The translations under genes and the position numbers were made by a program. Under the pieces are notes generated by a model. The model was not told the DNA's origin. It made no database searches and saw only the letters and a program-made list of their open reading frames with translations. A stretch of 64,000 nt of DNA from Lama glama (taxonomy: Eukaryota). Shown here piece after piece: positions 26,173 through 39,500 of this stretch. Where the stretch lies: NCBI GenBank assembly GCA_028534125.1, contig CM052816.1, forward strand, positions 89,220,001 to 89,284,000, read 5' to 3'. The number at the start of each line of letters is the position of its first letter. Within the stretch, counting starts at the first letter, position 1.

Positions 26173-27365
26173 TTTTTAAAATTGTATTTTAAATTTTGAG
26201 ATATTTGTAAATTCACATGCAAGTGTTGGATAATGTAGAAAGATCCTATACATCCTTTAACCAGTTTCCCCCAAGGATAGCACCTTATAAAATTATAGCA
26301 CAATATTAAATCCAGAAAAACTGATACTGATATTACCAGTTTTACTCAGATTTCATCAGTTGTATATATACTCATTTATGTGCACGTGTATATGTGTTTG
26401 GTTAGTTCTATGCAGCTTTATTATACATGTAGCGTGTACTTTCCCACAACTGCTGTAATGAATCACCAGAAACTCAGTGGCTTAAAACCACAGAAATTTA
26501 TTCTCACAGGTCTGTAGACCAGAAGTTCAAAATTTGTATCATTTGGGCTAAAATCAAGCTGTCTGCAGGGTTATGATCCCTCTGCATTCTCTACAAGATA
26601 ATCTGTCATCGGTTTGTTCAGCTTTGGGTGGTTGGCATCTTTGTCTTCTGGTTGCATTACTTCAATCTCTGCCTGCTTGTTCACATTGCCGCCTCTTCCG
26701 TGTGTGTAATCTATTTCTGCTTCTCTTTTATAAGAATGCTTGTGAAGGTATCTAGGGCTCATTTGACTAATCTGGCATAATCTCTTAATTTAATGACATC
26801 GGCGAAGATCTTTTTCCAAGTAAGTCAACATTCGTGGGTATCAGCGATTGGATCATAGATACTTAGGGGGAGCGTTTTTCAGTTCACAACATGTAGGTTC
26901 GTGTATCCACCACCAAAATCAGGTTACAGAACAATTCTCTTACCACCTGGGTTCCTCTTGTTACCTTTTTGTAACAACACCTGCCTCGGTCTCACACCCA
27001 TTTCCAACCCTCTCCCTAATCGAAGACTACTAGTCTGTTCTGAATCTCTCTATTTTTTCATTTTGATAATGGTATGTCAGTGTAACTTTGGGGGATTGGC
27101 TTTCTCCACTCAACATATTTTCCTGGAGACTTACTTACGTGCTGTGTTTATCCACAGTCTACCCTTGTTGCCATGCAGTTTTCCGTGATATGAATATAGC
27201 ACAGTTGGTGTAACTGCTTACCTCTTTAGGGAACTCTGCATTGTTCCCAGTTCTAGGCTGTAACAAACAACTCTGCTGATAACATCTGTTTACAGGTATT
27301 TGTGTGAACATAGGTTTTCATTCCTCTGGGGTCGATGCCCAGGAATGTAACTCCTGGATCATCTG
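26173..27365 (-). mobile_element. L1MC/MD-type 3' end, interrupted by MLT1C-like LTR
   Basis: 'ttttgagatatttgtaaattcacatgc...aaccagtttccccca'; resumes at 26897 'gttcgtgtatccaccaccaaaatcagg' through 'tttgtgtgaacataggttttcattcctctggg'. Confidence 0.85.
26433..26891 (-). mobile_element. MaLR solo LTR, MLT1C-like, with perfect 5-bp TSD
   Basis: 'caccagaaactcagtggcttaaaaccacagaaatttattctcacag', 'gcattacttcaatctctgcct'; TGTAG at 26428-26432 and 26892-26896. Confidence 0.9.
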
Positions 27366-29499
27366 GAACTGCTGGCGGTGTAGAACTCTGTCACTTAAAC
27401 ATCTTGGGCTCCTTGGGACTCAGGGTTTTACAGCAGAGAGAAGTTCAAGTATATCTAGTGTTTTCCTTAGATAAGCTACTCCTTTATAAAAATTATGGCC
27501 TTATTTAATAAGGTCAACTTCAGCATTTGTAGTTTCTTTTTCGAGAAGTTTCCTTAGCTCCCTGCAAGCAGACTTTTATTGGGGGCCATATGAGTTTACA
27601 TGAGATTCTGTGAAAAATCTGTGAGTGCCTATGGCCACTCAAATTCCTTCTCAAGGATAATCTTCATTCTCCTCTCTCATTGCCACTTCTGCTGTATTTT
27701 TTCCAAAATTTCAGCTGCCGTGCCTCTACTCTGGCAGTGAACATAGTCGAGACTGAGACTGAAATATCTACAGCCAAGTGAACATATTGACCTAAGTTTC
27801 CATTAAAATGAGGGCATTAAGTAGGCTACCTAAAGCCTCAGTGTTGACAATGAGAACAAAGATCCAGAAGCAAATCTTCAGCAAAGACAGAAATATCTGT
27901 GTGCATCAAAGAGAAAAATTCACCTTCAGGAGCTTTTAGGGCTTAAAGACTAACCTCATCATTCTTCTTGAGCCCCTAAGAAATTCTTCAGGCAAGTGTG
28001 GCATAGTGATAAATTACTTTTTGGTGTTGGCTAGTATTGGACAAGTCTGAGAGAAGACAGAAATATTCAGAGGTCAAATGTTACTGCCTTTCTAGCCCTC
28101 ACAACTGTTTGTATGAACATTTGTGAAGATAAATGGGAATTCATTTGGAAACTGTACAACAACCCAAAACTATTCCAATTTTTCTACAGCTGACAATGCA
28201 TATGTAGTTTCTTATTTTCTCTAATAATGGAAAACATTTCCATAGTCAACTTAAGGAATAAGTTACCATGATAGGAATTGAAATACATGTGTTTTAATAA
28301 TTAAAAAACTCAAGTTATACATTATGAATTCCCCTTGCCTCCCATTTGTCTTGAATGTGGCCAGCCATGTACTTAATCCTAGACACCTAATATTTTGTCA
28401 TTTTCTTAATGTGTCACTAATTTAATGTATTTATTTCTTATATTAAATAGATAATTAGAATACTAAGCAAAGATTAAATATGTTTATTTAACTCATTAAA
28501 GTGCCTTGAATTTGGCAGGAAAGCCTATATTAATATAAAATATTATTTTTTAAATAATTGCATCAAGATACTAAATCATCATTGATTTATATCTTTAGGT
28601 GCATGCATTGGGATGTCACTCTTTCATTTTGAAAAAAAGAGGTTAATAAAAAAAGATGCAATTTGAAAATATCAGTGGATTTCCTTCTAGTGATTCCTGA
28701 TTCTTTACTAATATGGTTTAAGATGATTAGAAATTAGATAATCTTTGCATCTCTCCTTTTATAAAAAATAAATAAAACATCTTACCCCATAATCAGTACA
28801 GTCTATTTTTTAAATCTTTTTTTTAAATACAAGAAGTGCAAAATGATACTCGTTATACAAAACAAAACAAAACAAGATGTTCGTGAGGCAAGTTCCTGCT
28901 GTAAAGTAAGAGAACATTTTTTTCCTACCTCTGACCGTTTTTATAGAAGTTTTCAGTATGAAATAGTGAATTGAAAATTCAAAGAGGCTAAATATGTGTT
29001 TTACTAGTAAGGAGTGACTAAATTTCAACACTAACAACTCCCTAAAAGAGAATTCATCCAAATGAAAACAACAACCAACATGTGCTGAAGGGTTAAAATA
29101 CCTTCAATAAAACTTCAGTGAATAGTCTCTCTACTGTTCTCTAAATAAATAAGCAAGACTGAAGTTCCTTTGCAGTTGTCCCCTTGCTCATTTTTCCTTG
29201 AACCTGCTGTAATGTGAAATTTAAATAATTGTTTAGGGGGCTGGGGTGGGTGTGTACCACCTCTACTTATAAAGTAGGGATATTTTTTAAGTCATTATTA
29301 AATTTTGTCATTCTTTTTGGCCCTTGATATAAGTTTGGCCCTTTCTTTTTAAATTCTATGTGAGATTCAGTAATTTGCCATGTTTAGGAATAAGGTAGAT
29401 ACTTAAAAAGGCTCTACAGGGAAGAAATTTCTCTGCTGATTCAGTTAACTAATGTAAATTACATAAATATTTGCATATTTACACAAATACAATTTTATA

Positions 29500-29977
29500 T
29501 TTTTATCAGTACCCTATTGCTGTATAACAAATTACTCCAAAACTCCACAGCTTAAATAACGATAAATACTTAATATCTCATCTAGTTTTTGTGTGTCGTG
29601 AAATCAGGAGCAACTAAATTGGGTGGTTTGGGCTCAGATTCTCTTATGAGGTCACCTTCCGGAAGTGTTAGCAAGGGCTTCCATCTTCTGAAATCTTGAG
29701 TAAGTCTGCAAGACTCGCTCACCTGCATGCGGCATGTTGGCAGGCTGTCTCAGTCTCTTCCCGTCTGGCCTTCTGCTTCAGTGTCCACATGATACGGTAG
29801 CTGGCTTCCCCCAGAGTGAACAATCCAAGAGGGCACAAGGTAGAAGCTTTCTTCAAAGTCACACTGTCTAGTTCCTTGTTGTTTATACAGCGCGGCCCCA
29901 GTGAACGTCAGGAGGGAATACGCAGGTACACAAGTAGCAAGAGGCTAGACTTATGGGGATCACAGATCATGACAGAC
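29500..29977 (-). mobile_element. MaLR LTR (MLT1F-like)
   Basis: 'tatcagtaccctattgctgtataacaaattactccaaaact', 'gggtggtttgggctcag', 'gctggcttcccccagagtgaacaatccaagag'. Confidence 0.85.
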
Positions 29978-31761
29978 AATGTCTTAGCTCAAATGCCCAA
30001 TTCTGTTAAGAATTTTAGACAGTACAATAATTGCAAGGGTAACAGCATCACGAAGACTGTGCCCTACACAAATGTTTGTTCCCAACCCCTTTACATCCTG
30101 AAGAGTAAAATTTACATATTGTTATTATTTATTATTTTAATATGTCAGAAAGTAATGGTGCTATATAGCACAGCATTAATTTTCCTTATTAAGGGTTAAC
30201 TGATATTAACTGCAAGACTTTAAAGGTACTCTTGTCCTTTGTGTACCTAAGCAAGGAGAAGTCTAGTTCTGTGGTAATTTTAGCAGTGTCTTCTAACTTT
30301 TGTTTTGGGTGAAGTTAACCCTTTATTATTCCTAACATTGACTAAAGTATCAAATGTGCAAATTATATCTAATTTTTATTTTGCAAGTTGTGTACTTACT
30401 ACTCAGCCTCATTTCCCAAAAAGTGCTAGGACTAGGAGAACAGAGACGTTAACTAGAAGCACAGTCAAACAAAATGTTGGTAGAACAATGCCCTTTAAGG
30501 CTTCATCTGTGGTATCTCTTCTTTTACCTCTTTTTCCTCTTACTAAGAGTCCCACTCTCCTGTTTTGCACCTGGGAAACACTTTTAAAAATGAAAAAAAT
30601 GTGTAGTTACATTTCATTCTTTTGGTGAATGTCTGAGTCAGTTAGAAAGAAAGTTTAAATACAACAGGGAGATCAGATCTGGCCAGGCTGAAGTTTGTAT
30701 CTTTTCCAAAGCTGATATTTCTATTCTGAAAACAAAGCATCTCAGCTTTGGGAGAAATTCAGAGGTTATAGGGACCTCATAGCAACCTGGTACTGGAATC
30801 TTCTCCATTTTCCTTCTGCCAAATACAAGCCAGTTAATGTCAGAGGGCATTGAATCACATGGAACTCCGTTATTTCCTGAGAGAAGCTTGATGGAGTTGT
30901 TTTGTGAGTTCTTTCTTACACTGAGTTTAAAAAATTATGTTTTCTTCAATGTAGTTATTTTTCTTTATACATATAACCAATGCCCATCCAAACTGAATGT
31001 CTCTAGTTCCTACAACTGTCAGGATTATGCTCATGAATCTTTGACTCAGAAAATGTTTCCACCTGCACTTCAGACCTACGCCCATTCCTCTGACACTCCA
31101 GCCAAGGATTCTGAAATAAATGAAGTGATACTGCCATTGAAAGTGAATCTGTGAAATCAGAACATGTTTCATAATGGAGATGAACTGTCACTTTAATGAG
31201 AGAAGGTTCTTAGGCTAGTAGGCACAAGCATGTTGAAGACGATCATTCGGAAGAGGAATTGGTAGCATACACAGAGTAGAATAAAGTGATGCAGAGAGCA
31301 GACCCCAAAGCCAAAGGCTGTCAATGGCCATGTTAGAAATTCAGAAGGAAGCAAGAATCTTTGATAATTAACCCTGGATATTGTGGTCTTATTAGGGATG
31401 CTGTCCACATTTGTGGAAATGGATGGTTCACTATATTTTTCCATTAATAGCAAAGCTTTCTATTACGTAAGTAAATCTTTTTCTGATTCAACACTCACTC
31501 AGAAACTATGATTTTTAAATTGACTTCCCATTTAGGTCCATCCATATGGAATGACTGTAGTAATTATTCTGGGAAAAGTAATTACAATCTACATGCTATT
31601 TTAAGCATGCAAATCAGTGTTCTGGACTAACACTATCCTGAGTTTGGTTAATGTGAGATGGCCACGTTTCCTGTGTAATATCAAAATTGTCACTTCTCAG
31701 CAAGCCAGCCCCATTTGGACTGAGCTTAGCCACTGAACGTTTATATCTTTAACAAATTCAT

Positions 31762-32235
31762 TGTGGTAGGCTGAGTAATGTCTCTCCAGAGATGTCCACA
31801 TCCTAATTCTCAGGATGTATAAATACAATACATAGCAACTAGGACTTTACAGATGTGTTTAGGGATCTTAAAATGTGGAGAATGTCCTGGATTATCCAGG
31901 TGGGCATAATGTAATCCCACAGGTCCAAACAAGAGGGAAGTAGAAAGATCAGAATCAGATAGAAGAGACATGAGAGTAGAAGAAGCAAAGGTTGGCGCAC
32001 TATATTTTGAGACGGAGGAAGGAGCCACAAGCCAAGGAATGCAGGCATCTTCTAGAGGCTGGAATGAGCAAGAGAACAGATTCTACCCAGTCTCCAGAAG
32101 GAATAGAGCTCTGCTAATACATTGATTTTAGCCTGTTAGACTCTTTTTGAAATTCTAACCTCCAGAACTGTGAAATAATAAATGAGTGTTGCTTTAAGTC
32201 ACCAGATGTTACAGCAACAAATGGAAACTAATACA
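31762..32235 (+). mobile_element. Full-length MaLR solo LTR, MLT1D-like
   Basis: Starts TGTGGTAGGCTGAGTAATG, contains 'tcctggattatccaggtgggc', 'ggagccacaagccaaggaatgcaggc', AATAAA, ends 'ggaaactaataca'. Confidence 0.9.
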
Positions 32236-32689
32236 ATGATGCATCTTTCGAAGACTCTTAGATGGTCTACCAATTGACCTTTTCTTTTTAACAGCTCCAT
32301 TTTGCATTGACATTTTTTTCCTTCTTAAATATAATACACATGTAGAAGGGACAATATATACCTAATATTACAAGTAATTCTCTTCTGGAAAAAAAAAAAC
32401 ACAGCTTTTTGGACACAGTCTGAGGTCACACATTCCTTTTCATTAAATTCTATGTTTTATGTGTACATTTTTAAATAACAGTAACCTTTTTGGTGGTGGA
32501 CACATGATATGTTAAGGCCTTGTAAAAATCTATATAAATTGCTAGATCTCCTTATTCTTAGAAATCTTTTGACTTAAAAAGTCAGATACTATTAAAATCA
32601 ATATGAAATCTGTAGAAACTCCTAGGACTAATGGCATCAGCTGGGAATCCTTCTAAATATTTAAATTTGGGATAACAGCATTTTTAGGT

Positions 32690-33570
32690 ACATTTTTCTA
32701 GAGAATAGAAAAATAAGAATGGTTGATAGAAATCAAGCATCAATGATATTACAACAAAAAGAAAACATAAACCAATTTCTTTAAACATAAGTGCCAAAAT
32801 CGTAAAACTAATAACAAATTGAATCAAGGAACATACAAAAATAGCAAGGTTGCGTGTGTTTCAGACCCACATGGTTGGTTTCAGTTTGAAACACAAAGAT
32901 TTTCTAGAACATAGGAGAAAAATGTCATGTTTATCTCAATACATAAAAAAAAATTCAGTACAATTTAATATCAACTCATAAGAAAATTCTTAGCAAACTA
33001 GATAGATGAGAACTAGATAAGGATTATTTAAACATGTTTATCGGTAAACTTAATAAAATATATTCCTGTGTTAATCTTGTTTTTTTTTCCAGAAGCAGAA
33101 CCAGTAGAATGCATATGTATAAAGACAAGACGTTAAAGTTTATAAAGACATTATTCACTACGGCCCTCACATAGAAGCAGTGCAGTGCACATCAGTAGCA
33201 GTTTGAATAAGTGCATATTGGCATCAAAGCAATACTATATAGCACTGAAAAGACCAAACTACTGCTGTACTGTATGAGATGAATAAATCTCATATATATA
33301 TTATGTTAAGTAAAAACAACCACGTACAAAGGATAACGTCTCATACCACTTAATTATTTCAAGTTCATACGCAGTCCAGGAAATTTACAGAGGTAAAGGT
33401 TAAATGTTACTTTTGGTAGGAAGTCAGTGATCTGAAGGGGGCATGCGCAAGGCAGCTGGAACACTAGTAATGTTCTACTTTTTGAGCCGAGTGGTGACTA
33501 CAGAAATGCTTTCACTTCATAAACATCAGTAATGTGTATATGTTTGCTACATGTCAATACAAATTTATTG
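32690..33570 (+). mobile_element. Decayed L1M: RT-start fragment and 3' end
   Basis: 'aaaagaaaacataaaccaatttctttaaacataagtgccaaaatc' resembles the KENYRPISLMNIDAKIL coding region; 3' UTR-like 'gctggaacactagtaatgttctactttttgagccgagtggtgactaca'. Confidence 0.7.
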
Positions 33571-33599
33571 CAGGAACAGATACATTTCACAGTAATGCA

Positions 33600-34160
33600 A
33601 ATATCTTAAAAGAGAAATATCAATGAGGAGGAAACACAGCCTATCTTAAGAACATCCTAAATCAGGAAATGAGATTTAACTGGTTCGTGGAGACTGGGAC
33701 TGGATGTTAGTAATCAGGGTTGCTTCATCCTAGTTGGCGGCTGAAATGATTGCCTCTTGTCTCTGTTTCTCTCTCCTCGCCCACTCCATAATTTTGGTTC
33801 TTTCTGCCAACTATCTTTTTTTGCTTACTCATGCTTTTTCCGCCTCTGCATAATTTTGGCACTTGTGGGTGGCTGTGGCTCACCATGTCACTGATGTTAC
33901 TTCATAGACTAGATCAATTTTCACTTTAAGTACCTGCAATCATCTTAATACGCTGTATCAACTAAAATCTGAATTCTAGATTCTCAAGAGACAAGACGAT
34001 TAGCCAGCTTGACTCAGGTACCTCTCTTAGGCTTAGTCTTAGATAGTAAAGATTGTACAGTGTGATTGTTAGAGATGCTCCAACCAAGGTATGCGAATTA
34101 AGCAGTTTTGATGTTTTATTCTTTTAAGAAGAAACATGATTGGGAAGAATTAATTGAATT
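33600..34160 (-). mobile_element. Probable very old MaLR LTR (MLT1K/L/N-like)
   Basis: 'gattctcaagagacaagacgattagccagcttgactcaggtacct' resembles an old MLT1 motif; boundaries uncertain. Confidence 0.45.
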
Positions 34161-34211
34161 ATCTGTTGCACTTGCTACCTCTGTGGGTGACTGAAGTAAA
34201 ATGGCACAAAG

Positions 34212-34698
34212 CAATGGTTCTCAAACTTTTTGTTCTCATATAATCCTAATTTATGGATCCCATAAGAGCTTTTATTTACATGGATTATATCTATCAATAT
34301 TTTTCATATAGGAAATTAACAGTAAAAAATATTAAAATATTTACTTTTATAAAATAATAACTTTGCATATTAGCATGTCATCTGTTTTATGAAAAATAAC
34401 TACTTTCAAAAACAAAAAGTGGTAAGAAGAGTGGCATTGTCTTATGTTTTTGCAGATTTCTTTAATGTCTGACTTAATACAGGATAATTCATTTACATAT
34501 CTTTTTATGCTTGCAATCTATTGCAATATCACACATCTTGTAGTCTCTGGAAAACTCCACTGAACACCCAAGAGGGTATGAAAATGCAAAAGGAATGCAA
34601 CATCTTACTAGCGTAATGGAAACATTTGTCATCTCTCAGATACCTCAAAAGAGTCTCCAGCCCCCACATGATTGCCTGAACAACCCCAAGATTAGCTG
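34212..34698. mobile_element. Near full-length MER119/Charlie1-derived MITE (hAT)
   Basis: 'caatggttctcaaactttttg', 'aagagtggcattgt...tttaatgtctgacttaata', 'tgtagtctctggaaaactccactg'. Confidence 0.85.
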
Positions 34699-34699
34699 A

Positions 34700-34890
34700 T
34701 GTGCTGGAGGGAGGATATTTGGGGGGCCAAGTAGACTCAAGTTCAAATTCCAGTTGAATCAGTCATGGTTTTGTCTCTCTGAGCCATATTTTCCTTATCT
34801 ACCAAATGGTTTCAACACCTCACAAAATTATTGGGAGATGGTTTTGAAGATGAGCTGAGATAACATGAAATTATTTACTACTACTGCTAC
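34700..34890 (+). mobile_element. MIR SINE
   Basis: 'agactcaagttcaaattccag...tctctctgagccatattttccttatctaccaaatgg...gagataacatg'. Confidence 0.65.
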
Positions 34891-34924
34891 CAGTCACACT
34901 GTTCGTAGAGTTTTTCTTTCATTG

Positions 34925-35135
34925 AACTTTCACTGCACCGCAGGCTTTGTTGTATTTTCTTATGCACATTAACTCATGAGAGGTCTTTGAGTTAAATTTC
35001 GAGTTCCATTTTACAGATACAGAAACTGAGACAAAAACATTACTTGCTTAAGATAACACAGTCAGTCAGTAAAGGAATAGGATATGAACTCAGGCATTCT
35101 AATGCCAGAGCTCTTGTTCCTAGCTTTGACCTGCT
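34925..35135 (-). mobile_element. MIR SINE
   Basis: Core 'ccattttacagatacagaaactgagacaaa...acttgcttaagataacacag...gaactcaggcattctaatgccagagctc'. Confidence 0.8.
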
Positions 35136-35429
35136 CTCTTTGACAACTACGACATAAACAATGAACATGAGTGTGTTTCCTAACATGTTTTAGTCTAATA
35201 TAAAACCTAATAAGTTATTCTTATTTAATCTAGTTAAGGTCAATAAGAATTCCAATTCTGTATCTTTCCTGGACTTGTATAAAAGCACATTACAGACTTA
35301 CTGTCCTTTTTAAACATCATGACATACGCAATTCTGATTGTTTGCTGATATCTAATGCTTCAACAGCATTTAAAATGAAGCGGATGCCATTCTAATTTAA
35401 TGCTCACAGCATCCTTCCAAAGCACATAC

Positions 35430-35560
35430 TGTTTTTACATACAATTTACAAGTAAGCAGCAAGAAAATGGAGACTAAGCCACTTGTCCTTCACCAGAAAG
35501 GGAGGTGAGGACAGAGCTAGAATTTGAAATGACGCATCCTAGCACCAGAGTCCATTATCT
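35430..35560 (-). mobile_element. MIR SINE fragment
   Basis: 'gacagagctagaatttgaaatgacgcatcctagcaccagagtcca'. Confidence 0.55.
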
Positions 35561-35963
35561 CCTGAGTTATAACTTCTCTGTCCACCTATAATACTGTAGA
35601 GAGTGGGAAAAACAAGGCAGATATATGGGATAAATGTATAGCTCTTTGGTGATACTTTATCATTTTATTTGAACTATCAGATTTCAAAACATCAAAATCA
35701 CACAGCAAAAATGCACAATGTCTTGAGTGTGGAGTATCACCTTATTGCAAATGATCCCTTTCCCCAGTTTGCTTTTAATGGTCAGTTGTCTGTAAGAGAT
35801 GGTATTCAATGGCTTTGTGGTGCTATGTTTAGTTACACTGAGCTGTTTTAGTGGTAAAAATCTGTTAGAGAGAGTGGGGGCGGGGGAGCAATGACGTGGG
35901 GGGCAGGAGATGTTAGAATTCAAAAGAGTTTGAAATTTCTTACTGAAAGTTGCTAGGAATAAT

Positions 35964-36065
35964 TCCCTCCCTCCCTCTTTCTTTTGCTCTCTCTCTCTCT
36001 CTCTCTGTCTTTATCTCTCTCTCTTTCTCCTTCCTCCCTTTCTTTCTTCCTTCCTTCTTTCCTTT
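35964..36065. repeat. CT-rich simple repeat ((CT)n, (CCTT)n)
   Basis: Near-pure pyrimidine tract seen directly. Confidence 0.9.
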
Positions 36066-36201
36066 CGTGAGCTACCCCAGAACCTTTGTATCGGGGTTAG
36101 GATTCATGCTTTGCTTCCGCTAGATTCTTACTTACATGACTCTTCTTTCAAATGTTGAGTTTGGGCTTGTTGTTCTAAAAATAGTGTCTAGAAGTTTGGC
36201 A

Positions 36202-36515
36202 TTTAAAAAAAATTGAGATAGAAGTGACATATAACATATTAGTTTGAAGTATGCAACATAACGATTCAACATCTGTATAAATTGTGAAATGATCACCACA
36301 ATGTCTCCTTAACGTTCATCACCACGCGTAGTGACAATTTTTTTTTCTTGTGATGAGAACTTTTAAGATCTCTGTCAGTGACTTTCAAATATACGATACA
36401 ATATTATTAACAATAGTCACCATGCAGCACCTTACATCCCCAGAGCTTAGTTTATAACTAGAGGTTTGTACCTTTTGACCACCTCTACTGGTTTTGCCCA
36501 CCCCACCTCTCTCCT
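36202..36515 (-). mobile_element. L1 3' end (L1MA9-like / laurasiatherian lineage)
   Basis: 'aattgagatagaagtgacatataaca...tgaaatgatcaccaca...cttgtgatgagaacttttaagatc...tacatccccagag...gtttgtaccttttgacc'. Confidence 0.85.
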
Positions 36516-39500
36516 TTCAATTAGCATTGAAATGACAAAACATCGAAAGTTACTCATACGGATACTATTTTATTAAACAAAAAGTCATTATAGGTGTTTT
36601 CAAAATTATGTGAATAGAGTATTTATATTATTTCTTGCGCATATATCTTTTCTATTCTTATGTACCTGTTATTATTCACATAAATAAAAATACAAATATA
36701 AATATAAATGAATAATAATATACAATATACTTATTTCTGTTTGCATGGATTATTTATATAATTATAATTTTAATATTTTATAGGAACTCCCAGTAGTAAG
36801 AAACAACATGAGATTTCAAATTAAAATAAGAACTATCCTCAAAGGAAAAAAAGAGTTGCTATATATTAGAGAGTATTTAATAACTTTTTCAATTTTCTCA
36901 TTTTTTTTCAGGACCATTTAGTTTTCCTTCTATTGGTCTAACTCTGTTCCCATTAATAGATTTTAAATTTACCTCAGGGGCTCAACTGCCAAAATCAACA
37001 AATATTTATTAAAAATAATTTTGTTAACAGTCTTTTTATAGCAAGGGATAATCTGAAGCAGGCAACCTGGCAGCAGAATTTATTTTCTGACTTTTTAGTA
37101 GAAAGTGGTCTCCAACTGTAGCTGTAATTTTAACTTCCCATTGACTGTCAGTTGAAAATATATAGGAAAAGATGTGCTATTCCCAGAATTCTCCATAAAG
37201 GGTTTAAAGATTACACATTTCAACATATTCAGCTGACAACCCATGCTTTACTGCACATAAAAATAATCACAGGTTGAAAAGAAATAAACACTTTATGGAC
37301 TATAAAACACATAGGACAAATTGTATTCCTTAAGTCCTGCTTCAGAAAGTCAGATGAAATTAAAACAAAGATGACATAGATAATGGGTTAATATTATATA
37401 TTATATATAATAAGACGGCATAATACTAAGAAGTAGCATTATTTTAGTATTTAAAAGAACAGCAAAAATTACTGTGAACGTCACTTTCAAGTATTCAAAA
37501 ATATCAAATCGCTTTTGAGCTTCAAAATACCAAAAATCTGTTCGCCTGGCATCTGTTTGCCAGGGCACAGTCCACTGTGATTATCAAATAATGTAAAATG
37601 AACATGTGTACAACTTGAATAATCTCATCAGTGAGAGATACAGTAGAATAATAGAGGTGATTCAAATGCATTTGAAGATTTGGGTATTTATCCACATTTG
37701 AACATTGAATGTTGGACTAAAATAAGATTAGTTGCCTAGCTAGAAAGCTGATTGATGTCCTTCAGGACATAATCATAACCTTTGATATTATCTTGCTAAT
37801 GGACAGAACCATTTGCATTTGATCTGACAAAAAAATCTACATGTTATCATGCAATTTACACAGTATTGACCTTTAATCAATAGTAGAGAGCGCATAAGAC
37901 AAAGAGATGTTTCATCTAGATAACTTAGATAATCCATGGCCACTCTATTAAAATAAGGCATTGAAAGGACAGGACATCTTCCCATTACCTTATTTCCAAG
38001 TTTTAGATAACTTTTCTGTACTATTTCTCCCTCTCCTTTTAAATACAGCCCTTTTATAATATTACTGTCTAGTTTATGGCACAGTTTAATAAACTCTTTC
38101 CCCTCTCCTTTTGCCAGAATAACACTTCCCTGGAGAGAAGAAAGTAATTAAGTGTGTGAATTCAAAGGGGTTCCCTGCAGGGCTATAGGCATCATGCTAA
38201 GTAAGAGTAAATAGAGATTGTTTGAGATGTCAACACTTAGAGCAGACACAGTCAGTAAGAATTTAGAGGTAAGATTAGCAATAGATAAGCCACTAAATAG
38301 GAAATACTTCTTTTGAGGGTTAATGAAACCTTTATTTGGAAAGTTCTGAGATGCTTAGTGTCTGTCTGTGAGCATACCAATGTTTCAGACAGATTTTTCA
38401 TTCTAATTTAAGATATTTTGGAATGTTGCACTAAAAAGGCCTTCATGTTTTGAACAGATATAATTAAATGCTATTTAATGTGCCCTTCAAAATGAGACAC
38501 TTCAATAATTTACTGTACTTCATTCCACAGTGCTTAAGTCCAGAGCAGTGATTACACCAAATTGATCTCTTGACATTTTTCACAGCACTTCATTTTCAAA
38601 GTAGTTGGTCTTGTACACGTGCATATCAACCAAAAATACTGCAATTCAGAGGAGCTCTTCAACAAACTGTCAAATAAATCTATCCTTCTTCAATGCTTAA
38701 TTCACTTGAAAGCTAAGTCCTATAGATTTGATGGTTACCTAAATGAGTGTAATTACTCTTCATTTTAGGGCTTCTAAAAATGCTTCTTCTTGTTTAAAAT
38801 TACTCAATTTGCATTCACCTCGGTATGTGTGGATGCTATTTGTTGTTTGAAGGCCTAATTTAAATAAAATCTAATTTAATATATTTAAGTGCCTAATATA
38901 GCTAAGGTTCTGCTTGTGATAGCATGAATTCTTTTTTCTTTTTTTCTTTTAACTTCCAAATTATTTCATTTCTTGCTCCCACGGAATGGAGATTAAGTGT
39001 CTGGCTCATGGGGCAGTTAGAGTACAGAAAAGAGACAGAAATATGCACAGGGAGTCATCTGCCTGTGACAGTTTGTTTGGTCATTTTCCCAAAATGGGAG
39101 CTTTGCTCCTGCCATTTAATACTCCCCAAAGCAGTGTGTAAGTGTTGGGCTTTGTGTGGACTGCTTTCATTATCTCACCTGGTCGAACATAATGAGGTTC
39201 CAAGCAAACAACTCGGCATGTCGCTTTTAAAGTATATAAATAAGTCTTTATTTAAGTCTTTATTTAAGATGTAAATCGGCAGGAGGTCAAATGAAACAAC
39301 TGAAAAGAGGCCATCATGGAATAATTCAGACCCCTCTCAGATGTCTGTACCAAAAAGGAAGCGTATTTTGGGAAATGTGTATCCATCCTGTCTACATGTT
39401 TTAAAACATGGGAGCATACTTCATAGGGTGCTCTATAACCACCTTTTTATACCTAACAAATCATTATACAGTGATTCCCTTGCCAGTAATGAAAGTGGTG

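Noticed and set aside
35876..35907. GC-box/CRE-like, G-rich stretch as promoter or G-quadruplex
   Set aside because: Only three G3+ runs, isolated, no CpG island.
37500..37720. Minus-strand frame containing KYPNL, reminiscent of a hAT dimerisation domain
   Set aside because: Lacks the ERxFS motif and correct spacing; no TIRs seen.
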